Shown: positions 19,992 to 29,791 of the stretch, piece by piece
How the letters are laid out: each line of letters opens with the position of its first letter
How positions within the stretch are numbered: the stretch's first letter is position 1
Notes under the pieces: generated by a model
Seen by the model: the letters and a program-made list of their open reading frames with translations, nothing else
Told to the model about the DNA's origin: nothing
Databases searched by the model: none
Assembly: GCA_034669905.1 (NCBI GenBank)
Contig: JAXMOL010000005.1
Span: 96,001 to 160,000, forward strand
Direction: 5' to 3'
DNA length: 64,000 nt
DNA from: Candidatus Hydrogenedentota bacterium
GTDB lineage: Bacteria; Hydrogenedentota; Hydrogenedentia; Hydrogenedentales; JAEUWI01
Program-made: the position numbers and the translations under genes

Positions 19992-20056
19992 CTACGAAGA
20001 CTCGACGATAACAGGTTACTCTTGAAGTGGCTATCTTCACAGGGGCACATGACACG

Positions 20057-20434
20057 ATGGACGAACTACTTTATGAGAAAGAGAGTTTCATTATTCGCGG
20101 CGCCTGCTACGAAATCCACAATGAAAAGGGGTCTGGATTTCTTGAATCCATCTACCAGGAATGCCTTGAAAAAGAAATGCGCATTCAGCGTATCCCCTTC
20201 GAGACACAACCCAAGTTAGGTTTGGTCTATAAAGGCGAACCGCTCGAACAATCCCTTCGACCGGACTTGGTGTGCTACGGAAAAATCATTGTTGAGCTAA
20301 AAGCAGTAGGCAAACTGAACGAAAAGCACCGCGCCCAGGTCTTCAACTATTTGGCCGCGACGAAAATGCGACTGGGCTTGCTAGTCAATTTCGCGGCCCA
20401 CCCTAAACTGGAAATCGTCCGAATCGTGGTCTAA
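20057..20434 (+). CDS. GxxExxY protein (PD-(D/E)XK nuclease-like)
   Basis: GFLESIY, PDLVC..IIVELKA, QVFNYL, GLLVNF. Confidence 0.92.
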   Translation: MDELLYEKESFIIRGACYEIHNEKGSGFLESIYQECLEKEMRIQRIPFETQPKLGLVYKGEPLEQSLRPDLVCYGKIIVELKAVGKLNEKHRAQVFNYLAATKMRLGLLVNFAAHPKLEIVRIVV

Positions 20435-20446
20435 ACACTTCTTAGT

Positions 20447-20645
20447 GACCACGGATAAGTCGGATAAAACGGATAAATAAGGCAGAGACAGAAGTCCTGC
20501 GAGCGACCACACGTTAAAGGCCGAAGGCAACCGGTTTACATTTATCAATTTCCCGACAGGAAACCGGAAAGCTCGTAATGCACGTTGGCATCAACGAAAT
20601 TTTCTACCGTACCATACATCCGTTTTATCCGTGTCATCCGTGGTC
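20447..20645. repeat. ~200-bp element bounded by 28-bp inverted repeats built from 9-mers
   Basis: GACCACGGATAAGTCGGATAAAACGGAT against the reverse complement of 20618-20645 gives 25/28 identity. Confidence 0.8.
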
Positions 20646-20722
20646 AAATTACTACGACATAGCATATACTTCAGACTTACTGGCCATACGACAAATTCAA
20701 CCTGGAACCGAATTCAGAACAC

Positions 20723-21481
20723 ATGACGAATACTTCATCCCAGAGTGCCACCTCACCCCGCCTCTCGCTCATCATCCCGGCCTACAACGAAGCCGGACGA
20801 ATCGAGAAGACGCTGCGCCATGTCCTCCGTTATTTTGACGACCAGGAATATGACGCCGAGGTAATCGTCGTGGATGATGGGAGCACGGACGCCACGGCCG
20901 GGGTCATCCGGGCCTTCCGCACGGCCTACAAAACGCCGCTCCACCTCCATCAGCTCCCCCAGAATCAGGGGAAGGGCGCAGCCGTAAGGGCAGGTATGTT
21001 AAACGTGGCCAAGGGTGAGTTTCGACTCTTCTTTGACGCCGACGAATCAACGCCCATTGAAGAGGTCGAGAAGCTCTGGCCATCCCTCGAATCCGGCGCC
21101 GCCGTGGTCATTGGCTCCCGCTCGCTCCCCGAATCCCAGGTCGAAGTACACCAGGCCGCCTATCGGGAAGCCATGGGGCGGACCTTTAACCGCATCCTTC
21201 GATTGCTCGGCCTCACCACCTTCATTGATACCCAATGTGGATTCAAGGCCTTCAGCGCCGCGGCGGCGGAGACCGTTTTTTCGCGACAGACCCTGGATGG
21301 CTTCAGTTTCGACGTAGAACTGCTCTACATTGCGCGGAAGCATGGACTCGACGTCGCCGAGATTCCCGTCCTATGGCGAAACAACGACGCCTCCAAGGTG
21401 AATCCCGTTACCGATTCCTTCCGTATGTTTTATGACCTTTTCGCCATCAAGTATCGCGATTGGAACCATGTCTACGACTGA
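20723..21481 (+). CDS. GT2 dolichyl/polyprenyl-phosphate glucosyltransferase-like protein
   Basis: IPAYNE, VDDGSTD, NQGKG, DAD, DTQCGFK, FDVE. Confidence 0.9.
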   Translation: MTNTSSQSATSPRLSLIIPAYNEAGRIEKTLRHVLRYFDDQEYDAEVIVVDDGSTDATAGVIRAFRTAYKTPLHLHQLPQNQGKGAAVRAGMLNVAKGEFRLFFDADESTPIEEVEKLWPSLESGAAVVIGSRSLPESQVEVHQAAYREAMGRTFNRILRLLGLTTFIDTQCGFKAFSAAAAETVFSRQTLDGFSFDVELLYIARKHGLDVAEIPVLWRNNDASKVNPVTDSFRMFYDLFAIKYRDWNHVYD

Positions 21482-21513
21482 GCCGGTTGTCCAACGGCAG
21501 GGAGTCCCCACCC

Positions 21514-22335
21514 ATGAGTGACACGATCGAGATTCTACTCAGCGAGCAACCCTGTGTGGTACCCGCGGAGACCCGCCTCTTTGCCCTCCGCGACGCGCGA
21601 AAACCCGGTGCCGATGTGGTCATCCTCAACGGCGCACCCGCAGCGGAAGACACGGAGCTGAAATCCGGCGATGCGGTCGTCTTTATCCAGCGCGGAGAGA
21701 CCCCGTCGCGGGAAGAGCTGGAAGCCCTCATGGCGTCCCGCCACACCCCGGGCGTACACGAAAAATTGCGCAAGGCGACGGTGGGCATTGCGGGCGTCGG
21801 CGGCCTGGGCTCCGCCGTAGCGATTGCCCTGGCGCGCATTGGCGTGGGCACCCTGATTGTAGCGGACTTCGATGTAGTCGAACCCAGCAATCTGAACCGC
21901 CAGCAGTACTTTGTCGATCAACTGGGCCTTCCCAAGGTGGCGGCCCTGGATGAAAACCTGAAGCGCATTAATCCCTATGTCCAGATCATTACCCATCTGT
22001 GCCGCATCACCCCAGACAACCTTCGCGAGCTTTTCGGCTCCGTCGATGTCATGGTGGAGGCCTTTGACCGGGCCGACCAGAAGGCCATGATTGCGACCCA
22101 CTTTGGAAAGCAATTCCCCGATGTGCCCATCGTCCTGGCCACGGGATTGGCCGGACACATGCCCAGTAACACCATTGTCACCCGAAAAATGGGCCGTTCC
22201 ATGGTGGTAGTGGGTGATTTGGAAACGGCCGCGGCCCCGGGCACGGGTCTTATGGCCCCCCGCGTTGGCGTGGCGGCCCACCACCAGGCCAATGCCGTCC
22301 TGCGCATTCTTCTGGGCGAAAATCCGGAAGGGTAG
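21514..22335 (+). CDS. thiF: Sulfur-carrier adenylyltransferase ThiF with an N-terminal ThiS-like domain
   Basis: GVGGLGS, DFDVVEPSNLNRQ, EAFD, MAPRVG..AHHQAN; N-terminal ubiquitin-like segment. Confidence 0.8.
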   Translation: MSDTIEILLSEQPCVVPAETRLFALRDARKPGADVVILNGAPAAEDTELKSGDAVVFIQRGETPSREELEALMASRHTPGVHEKLRKATVGIAGVGGLGSAVAIALARIGVGTLIVADFDVVEPSNLNRQQYFVDQLGLPKVAALDENLKRINPYVQIITHLCRITPDNLRELFGSVDVMVEAFDRADQKAMIATHFGKQFPDVPIVLATGLAGHMPSNTIVTRKMGRSMVVVGDLETAAAPGTGLMAPRVGVAAHHQANAVLRILLGENPEG

Positions 22336-22409
22336 GCGCGGCGGTCCGTAAGGGACACGTCCCCCCGCACTGCCGAAAATCGAAAACGAAATCCTTCACA
22401 AGGCGTACT

Positions 22410-23165
22410 ATGACTGAATTGAGTTCCGAAGAAAAAGCAACCTATGAATGGCAGATGTGGACCCCCGGCTTCGGTGAAGCGGGCCAGACGAAGCTCAAAA
22501 ACGCCACCGCCCTCGTTTCTCGGGTGGGTGGACTTGGTGGCGTGGTGGCTTACGAATTGGCCGCCGCGGGCATTGGCGGACTCGTCATTGCCCATGGCGG
22601 CAACCTGAAGCACAGCGACCTCAACCGCCAACTCCTCATGACCCACGACGGCCTCGGCACCCCCCGCGCCGACATGGCGAAACGTCGCCTTCTGGATCTG
22701 AATCCGCGTCTCCACATTGAAGCTATCCCGGAGAATATCTCCGAGAGCAATGTCGAAGCCCTCGTCGGAAAAGTCGACATCGTTTTCGATTGTGCCCCCC
22801 TCTTCCAGGAGCGCTATCTGATGAATGAGGCCTGTGTAAGACAGGGCAAGCCCCTCATCGATTGCGCCATGTATAATATGGAAGGACAGGTCACCACCAT
22901 TATTCCCGGGGAAACACCCTGTCTCCGATGCCTCTACCCCGAGTTTCCCCAGGCCTGGAAGCGGGAGTTCCCCGTCTTTGGCGCGGTCTCCGGGACGGCC
23001 GCCTGTATGGGCGTCATGGAGGGGATTAAACACCTCTCGGGAATGGGCGCTTCCCTCAAGGGAAAGCTCCTCTACTACGATCTGCAGGAAATGACCACCC
23101 GTAAGATTGCCGTCGAGCGCGACCCGGCGTGCCCCGTCTGCAGTCACCTGTTTTGCCAGGACTAA
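22410..23165 (+). CDS. HesA-like (HesA/MoeB/ThiF) E1-type enzyme
   Basis: YEWQM..GFGEAGQ, SRVGGLG, DLNRQ, PCLRC and CPVC zinc sites. Confidence 0.85.
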   Translation: MTELSSEEKATYEWQMWTPGFGEAGQTKLKNATALVSRVGGLGGVVAYELAAAGIGGLVIAHGGNLKHSDLNRQLLMTHDGLGTPRADMAKRRLLDLNPRLHIEAIPENISESNVEALVGKVDIVFDCAPLFQERYLMNEACVRQGKPLIDCAMYNMEGQVTTIIPGETPCLRCLYPEFPQAWKREFPVFGAVSGTAACMGVMEGIKHLSGMGASLKGKLLYYDLQEMTTRKIAVERDPACPVCSHLFCQD

Positions 23166-23196
23166 GCGAAAAACAACACCACACGGAAAGTCTCCC

Positions 23197-24687
23197 ATGA
23201 AGAACGCATTACGACCCTTAGTGATCTCAGGCATCCTGATCCTCGTCCTGTTGGGATTCCTGCTGGACCGAAAAACTGACACGGGTATCACGGACACCCT
23301 CGTCATGTATTGCGCGGCAGGTATCAAAGCGCCGGTAGAAGAAATCGCCAAAGCCTATGAGGCGGAATATGGTGTACAGATCCAACTGGAATACGGCGGC
23401 TCGGGCACCCTGCTGAGTCGTCTGCAGGTAGCCAGCGAAGGCGACCTTTACCTGGCCGCCGACTCATCCTACATCGGGATCGCCCGAGAGAAAGACCTCG
23501 TGGCCGAAGCCCTTTCCGCCGCGCGCATCACCCCCACCCTCGCCGTACAGAAGGGAAACCCCAGGCAGCTGACTTCCATCGAGTCCCTGCTGCAGGCGGG
23601 CATTCGCGTGGGCCTTGCCAATCCCGATGCGGCTTCGGTCGGGAAGGCGACTAAGAAAATGCTGAGCGCCTCGGGCGAATGGTCCGCACTCGAAGCCCGG
23701 GTACAGACGGATGGCGTGTTCAAACCCACCGTGAACGATGTGGCCAACGACGTGAAACTTGGTGCGGTAGATGCCGGTATCGTGTGGGACTCCACCGTTC
23801 GTCAGTATCCGGAGTTGGAAGCCGTTGCCCTGCCCCAGGCCGAAGATTTCGTCAAAGAAGTCACGGTGGGTATTCTTAAGTCTTCCCACAATCCCACGGC
23901 CGCCCTGCGCTTCGCGCGCTATCTGACGGCGACGGATATGGGACTGCCCATCTTTGCAAAACATGGCTTCGAAATCGTGGACGGTGATGTGTGGGCCGCA
24001 GAGCCGGAAGTGGTCTATTTCGCCGGCGGTGTGAACCGCGTGGCCATTGAGAAAACCCTGGCCGCCTTTGAGCAGCGCGAAGGTATCCGTATCAATACAG
24101 TCTACAACGGCTGCGGCATCTTGCTCGGCTCCATCAAGGGCGGCGAACGGCCGGACGTGTACCACACCTGCGACGCATCCTTTATGAATGGCGTTGAGGA
24201 ACTCTTCGGTGCCGCCGACCCCGTTTCGAAAACCGACATCATGCTGCTGACCCAACCCGGCAACCCCCATGGCCTGCAACGCCTCGAAGACCTCGTCAAG
24301 CCCGGCATCGAGGTGGGGCTCTGTAACGAGGACCAAAGCACCCTGGGCTATATGACGGGAGCCATGCTTCGGGAAAAAGGAATCTATGACGCGGTTCAGA
24401 AAAACGTCATCGTCAACACGCCGACAGCCGATCTCCTGGTGGCCCAAGTAACCGTGGGCAAGCTGGATGCCGCCGTCGTCTATCGGGCCAACACCCTGGC
24501 CGTGGGCGACAAGGCCGAAGTCTTGCGCCTCCCCGATGACAATGCCAACGCGACCCAGACCTATGCCGTGGCCCAGCAGACGAAATATCCCCACCTGCTG
24601 GAACGCCTGCACGAAGCCATTCGTTCTGCCAATTCCAAGGCCCAGTTTGAGTCCAGTGGTTTCGAGTATCTGGAGAAAAAGCTGTAG
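23197..24687 (+). CDS. modA: Molybdate/tungstate ABC substrate-binding protein with two tandem ModA-like domains
   Basis: YCAAG, YGGSGTL, DLYLAAD, VQKGNP, DAGIVW; a second similar domain follows. Confidence 0.75.
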   Translation: MKNALRPLVISGILILVLLGFLLDRKTDTGITDTLVMYCAAGIKAPVEEIAKAYEAEYGVQIQLEYGGSGTLLSRLQVASEGDLYLAADSSYIGIAREKDLVAEALSAARITPTLAVQKGNPRQLTSIESLLQAGIRVGLANPDAASVGKATKKMLSASGEWSALEARVQTDGVFKPTVNDVANDVKLGAVDAGIVWDSTVRQYPELEAVALPQAEDFVKEVTVGILKSSHNPTAALRFARYLTATDMGLPIFAKHGFEIVDGDVWAAEPEVVYFAGGVNRVAIEKTLAAFEQREGIRINTVYNGCGILLGSIKGGERPDVYHTCDASFMNGVEELFGAADPVSKTDIMLLTQPGNPHGLQRLEDLVKPGIEVGLCNEDQSTLGYMTGAMLREKGIYDAVQKNVIVNTPTADLLVAQVTVGKLDAAVVYRANTLAVGDKAEVLRLPDDNANATQTYAVAQQTKYPHLLERLHEAIRSANSKAQFESSGFEYLEKKL

Positions 24688-24689
24688 GA

Positions 24690-25608
24690 CGGGGACTGCA
24701 CCGACGACATCCGCCGCGTCCGATGCGATGTACGTGGGGGCCAGCCAAATATCTCGCCTTACTCACATTCGCCCGCACGTCGGGGCTGTCCCCCTCTCCA
24801 AGATAGGCGGTAGGCATCCCTTCGTCGACGTACCAGACCATAGGTCACTTGGTGAAAAAACTTTCTCGCCTGCGGCGTCGCCGCAGGAGCGGCAAGATAG
24901 GCATTCCTGCGGCGGACCGTAGGAACGAGCGGTATTAAGAAGGGACGGCCGCACCACAGCGGGGACTGCACCGACGACATCCGCCCCGTCCAACGAAGAT
25001 CACGCGGGGGCTAGCCGGTATTCTCGCAGTACAATCCGTTAACCCGGACGTCGGGGCTGTCCCCCTCTTCGAAAACGACGGTGGGTGTCCCGTCGTGGAC
25101 TTATCAGACCACAGGTCTCTTGGGAAACTTTCTCGCCTGCGGCGTTGCCGCAGGAGCGGCAAGATAGGCATTCCTACGGCGGACCGTAGGAACGAGCGGT
25201 ATTAAGAAGGGACGGCCGCGCCACAGCGGGGACTGCACCGACGACATCCACCCCGTCCAACGAAGAGCACGCGGGGGCTAGCCGGTATTCTCGCAGTACA
25301 ATCCGTTAACCCGGACGTCGGGGCTGTCCCCCTCTTCGAAAACGACGGTGGGTGTCTCGTCGTCGACGTACCAGACCATAGGTCACTTGGTGAAAAAACT
25401 TCTCGCCTGCGGCGTCGCCGCAGGAGCGGCAAGATAGGCATTCCTGCGGCGGACCGTAGGAACGAGCGGTATTAAGAAGGGACGGCCGCGCCACAGCGGG
25501 GACTGCACCGACGACATCCACCCCGTCCAACGAAGCGTACGCGGGGGCTAGCCGGTATTCTCGCAGTACAATCCGTTAACCCGGACGTCGGGGCTGTCCC
25601 CCTCTCCA
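24690..25608. repeat. Tandem array of ~270-bp composite palindromic units (about 3.4 copies; BIME-like)
   Basis: Units start at 24690, 24960, 25227 and 25497; each begins GGGGACTGCACCGACG...CGTCGGGGCTGTCCCC, and further hairpins follow in the three full units. Confidence 0.92.
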
Positions 25609-25642
25609 AACTGCCGCAAAATCTATCCGGGCGAGGTAGTCC

Positions 25643-27763
25643 CTACATGTCCCCGCTTCCCGGTCGATAGGTGCGCAACAATTGCCCTTCGATCTCCGCT
25701 TCCGTAAAGGCGACGGGCTTCATGGTGTGATTCGCAAAGAGGGGCGTCTGGTCGTTGTAGTGCGGCGAATCGGGCCGACCGCTTTGGCTGTAGGCCAACA
25801 CCGAGTAGGCCTTCGGCGTCTCCCCGAACTCGACGACAAACACATAACCATCACCCCCGTTCATTACATAGCGGCCGTCTTCCCCTTCGGTAAAATCACA
25901 GACGCGGAAGCAACCGAGATCGCCATCGCCGCCGCCGACGGGCAGGTCCACGTCACCCCTCCGTATCCGGTGCACGTCCCCCCAGGCCACGTCCCACGAA
26001 CCCCACCGCGCAGTACACTCGGCCATGGCCTCCCGAAAGGCCGGCAAGACCCGCTCAGGAGCCCCAATACCCAGGGGCGTCGACATGGGCGTTTTCTCAT
26101 CCCAATCTTCGGCGAATCGATGGTCCCCCTTGCGGTAGATAGACCACCACACCTTGAAGAGCACACTGCCCTTGCTCTCGGCCCGGACAGAATTCTCCCA
26201 CCGCTTTAAGAGTTCCCGTGCGGCGCGCTCCTCGTCGTTCAAGTCGGCCTCGCCAAGGATTTCCAGCAGGTCGGGCTTCACCCGGTCTGCCAGCAGCATA
26301 TTCATACTGAACTTCGCCTCCATCAGCGACTCCAGATCAAATTTTGTATCATTGTGAATCAGCCCCAGGCCGTGCTGGGTGCGCAGACTGAGGGCATTGT
26401 CGGGAAAGTGCGCGGGATAGTCTTCCCGCTTCAGCGGAAGATGGAGATTGGTCAAGTAGGGCGGCGAGTTACAGTTTTGCACGTAGCCGCCGGCGGGATT
26501 GATGAATTGCATTAACTCTTCCACCGGGTGAATCCGGGTCCACACCTCATCGGTCGTCCCCACCGGCATCGCCTCATTGCCATGGGCCGGGTGGGGCAAG
26601 TCGGGCACCGTGCCATTCCAGAGATACATGATGTTCCCCGCCCGGTCCGCATAGGACACATTAAACATGGGAATCTCCTGCATGGCAAGCACGGCGCGAA
26701 ATTCTTCCAGATCTTGTGCTTTGGTCATGCGGTACCACTGGACGCCCGTCTGGTATTGCTCATAGCCCACCGAACGCAGGATGAAAGCACTCGAGTCATT
26801 TCGGTGAATCACGGGGCCAAGGGGACTCCACCAGAACTCCCGCTGGAGCGGCGTGTCGCCTTCGGTGAGAATGGTGACCACCTCATGCTCCAAGGGGATA
26901 GAACCGCCATCGAATAGATAGTGGTCCGGCTGCGCGGGGTCGAGGGCCACTTCGTAAAGCTCATACAGGTCGGGGTGGTTCACCGTGTGGGACCAGCCAA
27001 GATTATCGTTGAATCCCGTGCTGAGAATGGGACCGCCGGCGAAGGTCGAACCATAGAAATTATAGACACCGGGAACGGTGATGTGGGCCTCATAGTAGTT
27101 GGCCTCTTCCGACCAGGGCTGGTGAGGATTATTCAACAGGAGGGCGTGGCCATTTTTCGTGCGCCACGGTGCGAGGGCAATGGTATTCGACCCCATCGGC
27201 GCTTCCGACAACATTTCCAAGGCAGCCCGGGTGCTCTCCCCCTTCTCCACGGCACGCTTGAGTCGTCCAATGACGTTCCCTCGAAGGAAGGTAAAACGCA
27301 TGACCGCCACCTGCCACGCGCAGCCTACATCGTGGGGCGTGACCGGTGTCATCCAGTCCTCCCGCTCCTGCGGATGGGCCGCCATGTAGGCATTAATTCC
27401 CGCCGCAAACCCCGTCAGGACGCTCCGGTAATCTGCGGGCAAGCGGTGAAAATTATCCACCACCCGTTTCCGCGCACGGAGCTGCCGGGTCTGAAAATCG
27501 TATTCCACGTTACCCTCGCTTGCGCCATACCAGCGACTGACCTCACTCCGTCCCCGCACCACCGATTTATAAACGATAGGAAAATGATCCTCACATTGGG
27601 CCCAGGCGAATCCATAGGCCGCGGCTTTTTCGTTGTCCGCGAGGATGTGGGGCACCCCGTAATCTGTGCGGCGAATGGTGACCTGGTCGGCAAGGGCCGC
27701 AGGGGATTCCGCTATAACGGGGAGGGCAACAAGACTCAGGAGTAAACAAATGAATGGACGCAT
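25643..27763 (-). CDS. Penicillin acylase family Ntn-hydrolase (AHL/cephalosporin acylase-like)
   Basis: Signal peptide, DYGVPHI, GSN nucleophile site, NPHQPW, WSHTVN, YSQS. Confidence 0.88.
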   Translation of the reverse strand: MRPFICLLLSLVALPVIAESPAALADQVTIRRTDYGVPHILADNEKAAAYGFAWAQCEDHFPIVYKSVVRGRSEVSRWYGASEGNVEYDFQTRQLRARKRVVDNFHRLPADYRSVLTGFAAGINAYMAAHPQEREDWMTPVTPHDVGCAWQVAVMRFTFLRGNVIGRLKRAVEKGESTRAALEMLSEAPMGSNTIALAPWRTKNGHALLLNNPHQPWSEEANYYEAHITVPGVYNFYGSTFAGGPILSTGFNDNLGWSHTVNHPDLYELYEVALDPAQPDHYLFDGGSIPLEHEVVTILTEGDTPLQREFWWSPLGPVIHRNDSSAFILRSVGYEQYQTGVQWYRMTKAQDLEEFRAVLAMQEIPMFNVSYADRAGNIMYLWNGTVPDLPHPAHGNEAMPVGTTDEVWTRIHPVEELMQFINPAGGYVQNCNSPPYLTNLHLPLKREDYPAHFPDNALSLRTQHGLGLIHNDTKFDLESLMEAKFSMNMLLADRVKPDLLEILGEADLNDEERAARELLKRWENSVRAESKGSVLFKVWWSIYRKGDHRFAEDWDEKTPMSTPLGIGAPERVLPAFREAMAECTARWGSWDVAWGDVHRIRRGDVDLPVGGGDGDLGCFRVCDFTEGEDGRYVMNGGDGYVFVVEFGETPKAYSVLAYSQSGRPDSPHYNDQTPLFANHTMKPVAFTEAEIEGQLLRTYRPGSGDM

Positions 27764-27925
27764 GGGATGAAAACTTTCCTTCTCTAAGTGACGGTCTTCA
27801 CACACCAGGCGAGACGTCGGGCAGCGACGGACGCGCCATGGCGTGTTTCAGAGATAGTATAGGGTCTCACCCGTGCCATTTCGAGTCGCGCCCCGGCCCA
27901 CCGTCCGCCCCTCTTGCCACGTCGG

Positions 27926-28711
27926 TCAGAATGCGGTCAATCCGTCTAACACAGAAGGCAGGATCGGGAAAGTACCCAGGGGAACGAATTCCACGTGACC
28001 ATCCTGAAAGAGCACATGGCTTCCGTAGAAATCCTTCCGGCCCGACCGGTTTCTCCAGGTGGCTATTTCGATGAGCACGGGTACCGAACTTGGTGCCACA
28101 GAGGGATAATCCACATAGTTCAGGTCCTCCGTCCGAACAATGAACGTGCATCCCGGACGATTGCGCGTCGCAAAGAAAAGAGGCCCGTCGGTAGATCTGG
28201 TGCCACCAATGGCATCGGCGAGGGTCCCACCTCGTCTTGAATCCACGAGGGCCAGCAGTTCTGCTTCATTCGTGACCACAAAATTGATGTAGGCGAAACT
28301 CTCCGCCATGACCTTCGCGGCAAAGTCATAGTCGCGTAATGGCTCGGTCAGGGCGGCGCGGGAGAGGTCCATTAAATTCTCGGCCTCGGGGTGCTCCCGT
28401 CCCACGAGCAGCGCCGGGCTCGGTAGATACTCGGGATGTATCGACGCCAAATCGGGCACCCAACGACCGGGAAGATTCGCCAGGGGCGGTAGCTTCTCAC
28501 CCGCTGATTCGTTGGAATACATGGCGAAAACCAGCCCCCACTGCTTCATCCTGTTCGGGGTACTGACCCGATTGCTGTCAGATTCACGTTCCCGCAACGC
28601 CGACAGCAGTGGCGCGATGAGAAGCCCTGCAAACACCAGGAAGAGCAAAAGCTTCCAGACCTTCGGTTTTGCGGCATGTTGTTCTGTGTTGGAGTCCGGC
28701 AACGAATGCAT
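27926..28711 (-). CDS. Membrane-anchored DUF1559/H-X9-DG-CTERM-like protein
   Basis: N-terminal TM, NRMKQWGLVFAMYSNE, HVLFQDGHVEF. Confidence 0.75.
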   Translation of the reverse strand: MHSLPDSNTEQHAAKPKVWKLLLFLVFAGLLIAPLLSALRERESDSNRVSTPNRMKQWGLVFAMYSNESAGEKLPPLANLPGRWVPDLASIHPEYLPSPALLVGREHPEAENLMDLSRAALTEPLRDYDFAAKVMAESFAYINFVVTNEAELLALVDSRRGGTLADAIGGTRSTDGPLFFATRNRPGCTFIVRTEDLNYVDYPSVAPSSVPVLIEIATWRNRSGRKDFYGSHVLFQDGHVEFVPLGTFPILPSVLDGLTAF

Positions 28712-28754
28712 CGGTCATACCTCATCTTTTCAGGAAGACATCTCTATGCCCCTT

Positions 28755-28781
28755 ACTACGTAGGAAAACGGATGAGGTTCA
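28755..28781 (-). promoter_or_regulatory. ECF-type promoter
   Basis: TGAACC-N15-CGTAGT; same motif as 30390-30417. Confidence 0.6.
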
Positions 28782-28825
28782 TTTCGAGCTTGGGTGATTC
28801 CGTGCCGTGGAACCGGTGCCTGGGG

Positions 28826-29791
28826 TCAACCCGTCAGGCCACTTAATCCATCCAATACAGAACGGACGATAGGGAAGGTGCCGAATGGTACGAATTCCAC
28901 ATGGCCATCCATATAGAGCACATTGGCTCCTTCGAATTCTTCTGCAGACTTCTTGTGCTTCCACCCCGCAATCTCGATCAATACGGGAATGGTCGATTGG
29001 GCCTTGGCCGTACCCGCAGGATTATTGATATCGGTCAGGAGAAAGCGCTCAATTCCTTCCCGCAAGGGCAGCACCCCCTGGTATTCTTTGGCTTCCAGGC
29101 GACCGCCTTCCCGGGCCGCCTGAAGGGCCTCAAAGTCGGCGACATCACTCACCGTATAGCCCAGGTACGCATAGTTCTCCGCCATCAGCGAAGCGAGTGC
29201 CTCGCGGTCTCCCGCCTGGGAAGCCAGTTCGTTGGTCAGTTGATGGGAATCTGGGTGGGAAGGGGACAGAACCATATGCGGATCGCTCCAATATTCCTTC
29301 TCCAACGATGCCAGATCGGGCACCCACCCCTCCCGCTCCCGATCGAGGGAAGGATAGCGCTCGCCCTCGGACTCATTGGCGTACATTTTGAAGACAATCC
29401 CCCACTGCTTCATCTGATTTTGCGAGGTATTGCGTCGGGCCGCTTCCCGCGAGCGGTTCAACAGGGGAAGCACCACCACGGCAATCAAGCACGCAACCAC
29501 GAACGCGCCCCCGACCATCGCAAGAGGCCGACACTGCTGACCCCGGGCCGTCGCCTCGGTGGTCACGTGGGCAAAGGTTCGTTCCGCGAGGCCCGGGCGG
29601 GGCGACGCGACAGGCAGGGATTCAGACAGACCGCGAAGGTGGTCCCGCTGCACTTCCAGGGCGCTCCGACACGCCGGGCACCCTTCCAGGTGCTGGGCCA
29701 CCGCACGGGTCGCTTTTTCGGACAAGGTCTCCAGCGCATAGGCCTGGAGTTGGCCCCGGATCGTCTCACAGTGTGCCGTCGGCTCCATCAT
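28826..29791 (-). CDS. Anti-sigma factor: zf-HC2, TM helix and DUF1559/H-X9-DG domain
   Basis: HCE...HLEGCPAC, TM, SREAARR..NQMKQWGIVFKMYANE, NVLYMDGHVEF; ATGA overlap with the sigma gene. Confidence 0.82.
   Translation of the reverse strand: MMEPTAHCETIRGQLQAYALETLSEKATRAVAQHLEGCPACRSALEVQRDHLRGLSESLPVASPRPGLAERTFAHVTTEATARGQQCRPLAMVGGAFVVACLIAVVVLPLLNRSREAARRNTSQNQMKQWGIVFKMYANESEGERYPSLDREREGWVPDLASLEKEYWSDPHMVLSPSHPDSHQLTNELASQAGDREALASLMAENYAYLGYTVSDVADFEALQAAREGGRLEAKEYQGVLPLREGIERFLLTDINNPAGTAKAQSTIPVLIEIAGWKHKKSAEEFEGANVLYMDGHVEFVPFGTFPIVRSVLDGLSGLTG

Noticed and set aside
21514..23165. Ubiquitin-like anti-phage system (CBASS/Bil) or RiPP cluster
   Set aside because: No E2, cyclase, linked JAB or precursor peptide is present. 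The radC JAB gene is 20 kb away in a housekeeping operon.
24690..25608. CRISPR array or repeated small genes (73-79-aa ORFs)
   Set aside because: The units are ~270 bp and near-identical with no unique spacers or cas genes. Indels between copies shift the reading frames.
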